Assembly (NCBI GenBank): GCA_963721455.1
Contig: CAVRJG010000052.1
Coordinates: forward strand, 162,421-226,420
DNA length: 64,000 nt
Reading direction: 5' to 3'
Source of the DNA: an uncultured Methanosarcinaceae archaeon
GTDB lineage: Archaea > Halobacteriota > Methanosarcinia > Methanosarcinales > Methanosarcinaceae
In this document: piece after piece, positions 55,503 to 64,000 of the stretch
Position numbering within the stretch: the first letter of the stretch is position 1
Layout of the letters: every line of letters begins with the position of its first letter
Program-made: the position numbers and the translations under genes
The notes under the pieces: generated by a model
What the model saw: only the letters and a program-made list of their open reading frames with translations
Told to the model about the DNA's origin: nothing
Database searches by the model: none

Positions 55503-56148
55503 GCAGGAAGGTGAGCAGGAAGGTGAGCAGGAAGATTTCTTTTTCGCCAGCCGAGTTGCGTTTCGGCAGCCCGCTGTCCGTTTCACTCGCTTCGCTCGCT
55601 CAAGCGGACTAATTTATAAATTACAAATTTACATTTTTTTCTATTTTCTTCCGTGCCGTGGCAGTTATAGAGGTTGAGTGAATTAAAAACCACTGAAAGC
55701 ACGGAATAAAGGAAACAAGGGCACAGAGTTTCCGTTTTTTCGGTGGTTTATCTTATTTAAGATTTGTAAAATATCTTTGATGCTTAACTATTCTCTATCA
55801 GGGCCAGAAGCGCTCTAAAATACATTTCTTACTTTTTTATCCAAATAAGAACCTGCTTTTTTGAAGGTTTAAGGTCATACTTTTTTAAACCTTTCCTTGG
55901 GAGCTCCGCACCTGGGGCACGTCCAGGATTTTGGGAGATTTTCAAAAGGCGTATTCGGAGCTATGGATTGTGAGGAATCCCCATGGTCAGGGTTATAAAG
56001 GTATCCGCAGTTATCGCATCTGTACATTCGAATCACCCCGGTTTCTATATTATAAAGAAAAAACCTCAGTTAATTTTAAAATTTTATGCCTGGTACCTGT
56101 TATATTAAAAATTAACTTTTTTCTTTGTTCAGGTCTTTTTCCCTGCTT

Positions 56149-57399
56149 TCATATCCAGCCCCGAAGCTGCATGGCTTCAACCACTCTGCCGACAGCAAGG
56201 GTATATGCAGCCTGCCGCATGTAGACATTGTTTTTTGCCGCGAACGCGTACACCGAATGATATGCTTCTTTCATCTTTCTCTCCAGCCGGTCCTGAATCT
56301 CGTCTTCTTCCCATTGTGTGTTTGACTGGTTCTGCACCATCTCGAAGTACGAAACAATAACTCCGCCTCCATTGCAGAGGATATCGGGGATGAGATGGAC
56401 CCCATTTGAATTGAGGATTTCTTCTGCTTCCGTTGTGGTCGGCCCGTTAGCCATCTCGGCAAGAATCCTGGCTTTAACCCTTTCCGCGTTTTCTTCGGTT
56501 ATCACATTCTCAAGAGCAGCCGGGATCAGGATCTCCACATCCAGTTCCAGCAACTCTTCGTTAGTGATATTTTCTGCTCCGGGATAGCCCAGCACCGAAC
56601 CTGTTGAGTGCTTGTATCCGGAAACGTCTTCAGGGTCAAGCCCTTCAGGTGAGTTGATAGCGCCTTTGCTGTCGCCTACAGCCACAACTTTGCAGCCGAA
56701 TAGCTTTTTTGCCAGATACGCAGCATGATATCCCACGTTTCCGAAACCCTGTACTGCAACCCTTGAGTCTTTCAGGCTAATTCCAAGCTTTTCTGCAGCT
56801 TCCCTTATGGTATATAAGCCGCCCCTTGCCGTGGCATCAAACCTGCCTGCAGAGCCTCCAAGGCTTGTGGGCTTGCCTGTAATGGAACCAAATACATTTT
56901 TGCCTGCCATTTTTGAGTACTCGTCCATCATCCAGGCCATGACCTGCGGATTTGTATAGACATCAGGAGCAGGAATATCCCTGTCCGGGCCTATCATCTG
57001 GTAAATCCCACGGATGTATGCCCTGCTAAGGCGCTCGATTTCCCTGTGGGAGAGTTCTTTCGGGTTGCACACAACCCCACCTTTTGCCCCTCCGAGAGGC
57101 AGCCTGTGAAGGGCACATTTCCAGGTCATCAGGGCCGCAAGGGCTCTTATCGTTTCCATTGTCTCTTCAGGATGGAAACGAATGCCTCCTTTGGTAGGGC
57201 CCAGAGCTTCGTTGTACTGGACCCGGAAGCCTTTAAAAACCTTTATGGAACCGTCATCCATATGGACAGGCAGGGAAACGTAGAGTTCTCTCATAGGCAT
57301 TTCCAGGAACGCTTCCATATCAGGAGTGAGCTTAAGGCCTGCAGAGCAGGTACACAGATGCCGTTTAACGTCTTCCAGGAGCTTGGAATCGGAACTCAT
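56149..57399 (-). CDS. gdhA: Glutamate dehydrogenase
   Basis: GPTKGGIRFHP, GGAKGG, DIPAPDVYT, QGFGNVG, EMANGP and GGVIVSYFE motifs. Confidence 0.95.
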   Translation of the reverse strand: MSSDSKLLEDVKRHLCTCSAGLKLTPDMEAFLEMPMRELYVSLPVHMDDGSIKVFKGFRVQYNEALGPTKGGIRFHPEETMETIRALAALMTWKCALHRLPLGGAKGGVVCNPKELSHREIERLSRAYIRGIYQMIGPDRDIPAPDVYTNPQVMAWMMDEYSKMAGKNVFGSITGKPTSLGGSAGRFDATARGGLYTIREAAEKLGISLKDSRVAVQGFGNVGYHAAYLAKKLFGCKVVAVGDSKGAINSPEGLDPEDVSGYKHSTGSVLGYPGAENITNEELLELDVEILIPAALENVITEENAERVKARILAEMANGPTTTEAEEILNSNGVHLIPDILCNGGGVIVSYFEMVQNQSNTQWEEDEIQDRLERKMKEAYHSVYAFAAKNNVYMRQAAYTLAVGRVVEAMQLRGWI

Positions 57400-57477
57400 G
57401 GTTACCCCCTCTAAATAATGGGCTTCTGAACATTAAATAACTGCTGGAAACCCGATTCTCCTGCACATACCGGGCCT

Positions 57478-57911
57478 TTAAAAGGCAGCAGGTACCTCAA
57501 ATTCCCTTTTATCCTTTTCATCTGAAATTGGTAGTCCATTTTTATTCAGTTGAATAATCGAAGAAGAAAGCTCATAATCAAGACTGGCGTAGAACAACAC
57601 AGCCACAAAACTCAAAAAACAAGGCAAAAAGACTAACAAATTAACAAAATACACAACAAACCTAGCATAAAACCTAGCACCATAAGCCCTAACAAGACTA
57701 TACATCAATAAACCCGTATTTAATATCGAATAATATACCATAATTGTAAACAAGAACAGTAAGAAAAAAGCCATTGCATTACGTTGAAGCAAAGGAACTT
57801 GGTCATAGGATAACACAAACCAAATAAAACAATATACGTTTGAACTAACCTCTCACGCTTATCAGCTTCCTTATCATCAAACACAACGATACCCTTTTCA
57901 TATCCAGACAT
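57478..57911 (-). pseudogene. Frameshifted membrane-protein gene of atypical composition
   Basis: Two overlapping hydrophobic ORFs (57720-57917, 57478-57816) that would join by a shift near 57795; strongly T-ending codons. Confidence 0.45.
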
Positions 57912-58104
57912 TATCAAAAAAAGAGTTGCATTTCTTATTCAATCAGATGGTAAGTCAGATAGCTTTCTCTGAAATAAGTCCTGAGTCTATGAGTATTTTT
58001 AGACATTCCATATATCGTAATCAAGTAAATTATCTATGATACGTATGTTTGTTTCTGTTTCTTTTTATCTATGCTTATTTATATTTTGAAATCTTTTTTC
58101 TATT

Positions 58105-58236
58105 GAGCTTGTTTCAAAACGAACTCCAATTCCTCTGAACAAATATTTCGGAGGAGCTAAATCAAGATCAATAGAGATAAATGGAATATCTGCTTTTGGT
58201 CAAAAACATAAATAGCCGGAATCTTGAAACCAGCTC
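58105..58236. mobile_element. 132-bp MITE (IS5-like ends, related to 6343)
   Basis: TIR GAGCTTGTTTCAAAA vs reverse complement GAGCTGGTTTCAAGA (13/15); ATT on both flanks. Confidence 0.7.
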
Positions 58237-58409
58237 ATTAAATAATCATTGATTTATAAATTCGTAGAAATTTATCTAATTGCGTGGACAAGGACAAAAA
58301 TCGGGGTTAGTCGTATTATTTTCTGGGTGTAGGAAACATATCCATAAAACAGAATTCGGTATCAAGCTCAATAAGTATAATATAAAGAAAAAAGACTGGA
58401 AGGAGAAAT

Positions 58410-58643
58410 ATGGTCTGTCCTGTGTGTGTAGTTGGAGGAGTTGGGTTTATTCTCAGTAGGATTTTTGGGTTCCCTGATGTTGTTGTGGCTTTTGTTATTG
58501 GGATGATGGCAACTTCGATGGCATACTGGGTAAATCATATCATGGCGAAAAAATGGAAAAAAAGAAAAGGTCAGCTTGTAGCAATCAATATCCTGTCAGG
58601 GATTATTTTTTTATATTCTCTCAAATTGATTGGGCTGTGGTAA
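58410..58643 (+). CDS. Small membrane protein with N-terminal CPVC
   Basis: AAGGAG SD; MVCPVC followed by 2-3 hydrophobic helices. Confidence 0.7.
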   Translation: MVCPVCVVGGVGFILSRIFGFPDVVVAFVIGMMATSMAYWVNHIMAKKWKKRKGQLVAINILSGIIFLYSLKLIGLW

Positions 58644-58803
58644 CAGAATATGAAAATTCATCGAGTAACAGGCACAAAGAAATGAAAGTACCTCCAAGCT
58701 GGCAGTACTTTCATGCTAAGGACCCACCGCGAAATAACATAGGCAGTTTTTAAGAATGTATTAAATAACTTTCACGAGCAAGGTAGATGATTTAACTTTA
58801 ACT

Positions 58804-60248
58804 CATGCGTCATCGGTTAAGCATTAGATAATCACTTCTACATGCGTTTTTATAATAATAATTTAAATATTAGTGTATATATGTCTCCTCATCCCCCACC
58901 TACTCTTGAAGACTCTCTTCGGGAAATGTTTCCCGAAGAGTGGTTAAGGCAAACTGCCAAAGAAACTGGTCTCATAGTACGTGAGCGTAAAATTGACCCT
59001 GTCATCATCTTTTGGGTTTTAACTCTCAGTTTTGGTGTACGCTTGCAGCGTACACTTGCCAGTTTGAAAAGAGAATATGAAAAAGAATCAAATAAGACCC
59101 TAAGCGACAGCAGCTGGTACTATAGATTCACTCCAGAACTTGTGGAGTTTCTTCATCAGTGTGTTATTCATGGCATAGAAGAACTTGCAAAAGAACCCGG
59201 TAGAAAACTTAGTAAAAAACTCGAAAACTTCCAGGATGTTCTCATTCAGGACAGCACAATTGTTCGTCTTCACTCCTCTTTATCAGACAAGTTTCCGGCA
59301 GCAAGAGCAAGAACAGTAGCTGCTGGAGTAAAAGTGGGAGTTATGGTAAGTGCAGTTGCTAATGGACCTAAAACAGTTGCTCTGTACTCTGAAAAAACAG
59401 CTGAAATGAAAACATTGAAAATAGGGCCCTGGATCAAAGACCGTATTCTTCTTGTTGATCTTGGTTTTTACAAAAGCCAAATGTTTGCAAGAGTTGAGGA
59501 AAATGGAGGATATTTTGTCTCAAGAATTAGGAAGAATATGGATCCTATTCTTGTTTCTGTTGAAGAGGGACTTTCTAAGACAAAAAGCAAAGAGTTCACT
59601 GGAAAACCTGTTAGTGAGTGTATTAAGCAACTTTCAGGAAAAGATCTTGATGCTGTTGTGAAAATAAAGTTTAAAAGAAGAGCATACAAAGGCAAGCAAA
59701 AACAGGATGAGATGTGTGTACGTCTTGTTGCGGTATATAATGATGAAGATGAAAAGCACCACATATACATTACAAATATTCAGAAAGATGTTTTGAGTGC
59801 AAAAGACATTGCAAAATTATATGGAGCAAGATGGGACATAGAGCTGCTTTTCAAGGAGTTAAAAAGCAAATACGCGCTTGACGTTCTGGATACAAAGAAT
59901 GTGCAGGTAATTGAGGCTCTAATATGGACAGCAATGTTGACATTAATCGTTAGCAGAAGAATTTATTCTCTTGTAAAGAACAATGCGGCTCATCCTGAAA
60001 AAATGGTTCGATATACTCAAGAGAGATGGAGCATAATATTTGCTGAAAATGCATCAGATTTATTGACAGTGATTCTGCATAGATGTGGAATTGAAAGAAC
60101 TTTTGAAACAGTGATGAGTGTGTACGAAAGTCAAGCATTGGATCCACATGTAAACAGAGAAAGGTTCAGAGAAGAATGGTTAGAATGAAAAGATGAACTG
60201 AAAAACACTATTGGTAGATTGAAGTAAGTTCTTAACCGATGACCAATG
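58804..60248 (+). mobile_element. IS4-family (ISH8-like) IS, intact, 10-bp TSD
   Basis: TIRs CATGCGTCATCGGTTAAG / CTTAACCGATGACCAATG; TSD AACTTTAACT at 58794 and 60249. Confidence 0.93.
58881..60188 (+). CDS. IS4-family transposase
   Basis: IQDST, VDLGF and YGARWDIELLFKELK (YREK) motifs. Confidence 0.92.
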   Translation: MSPHPPPTLEDSLREMFPEEWLRQTAKETGLIVRERKIDPVIIFWVLTLSFGVRLQRTLASLKREYEKESNKTLSDSSWYYRFTPELVEFLHQCVIHGIEELAKEPGRKLSKKLENFQDVLIQDSTIVRLHSSLSDKFPAARARTVAAGVKVGVMVSAVANGPKTVALYSEKTAEMKTLKIGPWIKDRILLVDLGFYKSQMFARVEENGGYFVSRIRKNMDPILVSVEEGLSKTKSKEFTGKPVSECIKQLSGKDLDAVVKIKFKRRAYKGKQKQDEMCVRLVAVYNDEDEKHHIYITNIQKDVLSAKDIAKLYGARWDIELLFKELKSKYALDVLDTKNVQVIEALIWTAMLTLIVSRRIYSLVKNNAAHPEKMVRYTQERWSIIFAENASDLLTVILHRCGIERTFETVMSVYESQALDPHVNRERFREEWLE

Positions 60249-60509
60249 AACTTTAACTAAATTATCTATTGCCTAAGTTATTTCGTTACAAATCCTAAGG
60301 GCTCGTCACAAAATAATTTAATTAATACCCGAATTTGACAGAAACATACATTTTATAATGTGTAAATGGGCTTCGTGCGTCTGTTTTCTTAATATAATTC
60401 AAATTTATTTCTTGTGTTTTTTGATTTTTGACGTTTTTCATTTTTCCAAAAGGTACTGTGTCGATGCAACACTTTTTTTGTAAGAAAAAACTGTATTAAT
60501 TAGTAGAAT

Positions 60510-62964
60510 CCCACTTTCCGCAGGTGCGACAAGAAGCTATACTATGAATTGCACCATTCGCTACCTCTTCCATTTGAGGTAATCCTACTGTGACATGCAT
60601 AAATGGTAACATTTGTGTGTGAAGCTCACAGGACACTATCGAGAAATCAAGGAACCTGACTTTGGTAATCGGTTAGGATACGAATACTATGAAGAACATA
60701 AAGTGAACCATCGTAAGAATCGTGAAGTGGAATAAGCGAAAGCAGGCTGATACGCTTAACCAAAAGGTACAGAATCAGGCTGTAATGGGTCTGCGGACAT
60801 TATGGCAAATGGACAAATGATTCTCGGTTTATAGATGGCTTCTAAGGTATTCACATTATTCGTAGTATGGAACTTGGTAAGCCCTAAATGCTCCCATTAT
60901 GGGTAGGACTCCCGCGAGGGATAACGATGGCATTGAGGGTAGAGGATTCAGTAAAAAGCGAATGCCAATCTGTAATGGATTGGATAGAGGTTCAAACTTT
61001 GCCTCAATCCGAAAGGATGCAGACTTACTGATGGTGTTTTCTTGTGTGAATGGAAACAAACCTACAAATGTAAGATACTCAACGACACCAATAGGTGAGA
61101 GGCTTACAGACAATTATGTTAGTGGGCTGTTATCCGGAACACAAAATCAGTTATGCAAATAACTGGTGCCTGATACAGAAAGGGTTTGAAAACACTCGAG
61201 CCGTATGAAGGGAAACTTTCAAGTACGGTTCCTAGGGGAGAAAGGAGGAGTAATCCTCCCTACTTACCCGACATCTCCCCTTAAAAATAGTATTTTTCAC
61301 AATTTTTCCCCATCAACCTTATTATCTTTTCCTTAGTTTCATTTAAGTTTGCAACTTGAGTTACCACTTTTGAGTCAACATCCATTTTTACTTCTGTAAT
61401 TTCTCTCATCAGGATGAAAACCCATTTTAATGTTGGTTTTTGAGTTTGTTTTTTAATCTGGTTTGGTATTGTTTCCCCTGTTTCTCTTAACCTTTCTCTT
61501 AATTTCCATTCTGCCACAGAATAGACCATCAGAGTTAATACCATTACCATTGACAGTGCTTCAATTCGCTGAGGTTTTTTTACATACACCTCAGAGACCC
61601 TGAAACTTTTGTCCTTTATGAATCTGAACCCTTTTTCCACTTTACTCTGGTTTTTGTAGTGTTCCAGCATCTTTTCAGCATCAAGATTGAGGTCATTGCT
61701 TGCGATTATAAACCTCCCCTGATACTCTTTTTCATTCAGTGTAATTTCTTCATTCCTGACTGCTTTTGCATTTATAACATAGTGAACGATAAGCTTTTCA
61801 TCCTTCTTTGGCCGTCCTTTCTTCCCGTTTTCTCTTTTTGAGATCGTGGAAATCTCTGCTGTTTCCAGCAAACAGTACGGATTCTCATTCTTCCATCTTT
61901 CCAGAGCAGCTCTGGCATCCTCTTCACAGGCAAACTTTATCATCTTTAACTCTTTGAGATCTTTCTGAGATTCCGTAACCTTCCTCTGGATTTTCCTTTC
62001 AAAAGTAATATCCTTTCTTTTCTGCATCTCAGAAGAGTGAACAACTACCCATTTTTGTTCGATACCTCCATATTCAACAATAGTTTCGTAAAATGAATAA
62101 CGTGGATCCTCTCCTTTTTTGAACTCAAGATCAGATGCCAACAAATCTTTTGAAAGATTTAAGGTTGAAGGAACACGAGTGATCCATTTCATGCCTATTC
62201 CCATTGATTCTGATATTTCCGTCAGAGTATAGAGCACTATCAGCTATGTAGTAAACATCATCAGGGAACGTTATGTTTTCCTGAAGTTTTTTCATTGCCT
62301 CAATTATGGTTTCTTTGTCTGATGAATTACCAGAGTAAGCCTTTGCAAATAACGGGATTCCATACTGATTTGTTATTGTTCCAAGTCCAAAACGCTGCAG
62401 GTCGTCTCTACCGTCTTTTGCATGACCATATGTAATTTCAATGGCAGAACTACCATCGATATGTTTGTAGTCACCATAAACGCTAAAATTGGTAGTGTCA
62501 CAATGGAGGAGTTGAGTCCTGATGTTCACGATTTCCATCATTTTCAAGGCAAGTTTCATGAAAAGTTGAGTCGGATCTGCTCCATGGATCTCGTCAAGAG
62601 TCCTTCCTAAAACATCGTCATTAAGATCAGATGCACTGACTCCAGGACCAAGTAGTCTTTCAACTGGAAGAGTTTCAAAGTACTGAGAATACATGTAAAG
62701 GCGAATGTCAGTGAAACCAAGACAATTGAGAAGCATTGCTTTTACTACTATAGAATGAGCTAACTTGTGCTGCCCAAGTTTGGGCAGCACTTCGTCAATC
62801 ACTTTTCCAATTTCAAGTTCATCATAAATGCCAGAAACGATTCCGTGATGATCAAGAGAACGTGTTGTAACAAGCATAATAAAATCTAAATCAAGATTCG
62901 ATATTTTAGATATTTATACATTAATAAAAAAGGAAAAATTTGTCAGACATCTGCGGAAGGTCAG
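60510..62964 (-). mobile_element. IS1634-family IS with frameshifted transposase (62877-61281) and a group II intron in its downstream TIR
   Basis: End at 62964 reads CTGACCTTCCGCAGATGTC on the - strand; the other end rejoins as CCCACTTTCCGCAG+ATCTC after removing the intron; transposase paralogous to 11536 and split near 62210. Confidence 0.88.
60524..61272 (+). ncRNA. ORF-less group II intron, copy 2 (749 nt)
   Basis: Near-identical to 8285-9040; GTGCGAC start, domain V at 61198-61231, ends CCGAC; EBS2 at 60725, EBS1 at 60791. Confidence 0.93.
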
Positions 62965-63156
62965 ATTGAATGTACTTACAGGTCAATGTTTAAAAAGGAG
63001 AATGGATAACATCGAGGCTGTTAGGAAAGAAGTATTAGCCTGGCAAAAGTTCAGAAACAACAAAAATGCAAAGGTTAATTGGCAATTCACAACAGAAGAT
63101 GCAAGGATAAAATTATCACGTCTTTATCCGACACTTGAAGATTGACGCGACACTAG
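62965..63156 (+). pseudogene. 3' remnant of an IS630-family element
   Basis: LNVLTGQCLKRR...VNWQFTTEDARIKLSRLYP* (stop 63143-63145), then CACTAG and TA. Confidence 0.8.
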
Positions 63157-63157
63157 T

Positions 63158-64000
63158 ATAGTTCTTCACGGAACTAAATCCAAGCTTGGTAAGTACGGAT
63201 ATAGCAGGGATCATAGACCTGATAAGTTGCAGATAACAGTTGGAGTCAGTGAACTCAGAAAACCAATTAACATCCCTATTGGAATTACAGTTAATAGAGG
63301 AAACGTTCTTGATCTGCAACATTTTCCTGAGACTTATAACCAGGTAAAGAGAAATCTCAAAAAAGGATCTCTTATTGTCTTTGATAAAGGTGCAAATACA
63401 GTTGACAACATTAAGCTAATACAGGAAGATAAGATGACATATCTTACTTCCATGAAACTGAACGCAAGCGACGATAAAATCATTGAGAATTTTGATAAAG
63501 ATAAAGCAGAGCTAATAGATTCTGAAAAAAGTATTTATGGGATTAAGATCGTCAAGCCAAATAGCATTAAGTATTTTTATTTCTCAGAATCACTACAAGC
63601 GAAACAGTTGGAAGCAAAGGCAAGAACTGTTCTTAAGAAGTTACAGGAAGCAAAAGAGATACAAGAAATAATTGTTAAAAACAAAAAGCTTCCCAAGAAA
63701 TTCAGAATCAACAATGAGTTGATTGAGATTGACTACTCTTTTACAACTAAGCTCGAAGAGCTTAGTGATGATGAAGCAATAGAACTTCTGAAAAACTCGA
63801 TAATTAATGGAAGAGAAGGATTTTTCTGCCTTAAATCAAACAAGAATTTGACACTTGAGAAGGCATTAGAAATATATCGAGAGAAGGACTCTATCGAGAA
63901 AATATTCAACTCATTGAAAAACGAATTACAGATTAAGCCGTTAAGGGTTTGGTCAGATAATAGCATTTATGGAGCTGTTCTCTTAGGATTTATCCTACTT
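63158..64000 (+). pseudogene. IS1634-family transposase of a second subgroup, 5'-truncated at the IS630 end and running off the window
   Basis: Open frame with GKYGYSRDHRPDK, VFDKGAN and YREKDSIEKIFNSLK. Confidence 0.8.

Noticed and set aside
60296-60500. GGGCTCGTCACAAAA as another IS end
   Set aside because: No partner TIR or transposase fragment could be identified
16270-62237. Extra frameshifts in IS256 (~16280), IS1 (~25558) and IS1634 (~62210) as programmed recoding
   Set aside because: They are not at canonical slippery sites. IS decay or indel errors are more likely, and their number also cautions that the other frameshifts here may be assembly artefacts.
8265-62970. ATTGAA just left of the MITE (8265-8270) and just right of IS1634 copy 2 (62965-62970) as the TSD of a 54-kb composite transposon or a flank swap
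   Set aside because: Joining the flanks does not restore the IS630 frame (KFGLNVL instead of the expected EIELNVL), the reciprocal flanks do not match, and an AT-rich 6-mer match is easily chance

Overview
This window looks like a Methanosarcina-type archaeal chromosome segment. The evidence is the hdrA-mvhD/polyferredoxin operon, fwdG/B/D paralogs, PGF-CTERM NosD/PKD surface proteins and typical IS families. Housekeeping and metabolic genes (thyA, two htpX, Mrr, nitroreductase, nitrilase, hdrA2 operon, FTR, fwdGBD, HDAC/hydantoinase, PAS kinase, gdhA) are interleaved with many mobile elements: IS1634 x3, IS66-like, IS256, IS1, IS4/ISH8, IS630 and TnpB remnants, and at least five MITEs. The most striking signal is two ~750-nt ORF-less group II introns (8285-9040 and 60524-61272). 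Both sit at the same phosphodiester bond, 14 bp inside a terminal inverted repeat of an IS1634-family element (once a 142-bp MITE, once a full-length IS). The intron EBS1/EBS2 are perfectly complementary to that TIR variant, and all four intron-free IS1634 ends in the window mismatch them. Other notable signals are: repeated ATA codons at the Shine-Dalgarno-correct start position of five genes; a cassette-like island in which three copies of the same 'APGEKKK(P)xxKxW*' gene tail each abut a different cargo gene; and an FwdB paralog apparently lacking two conserved catalytic residues. All calls were made by eye; no searches were run.
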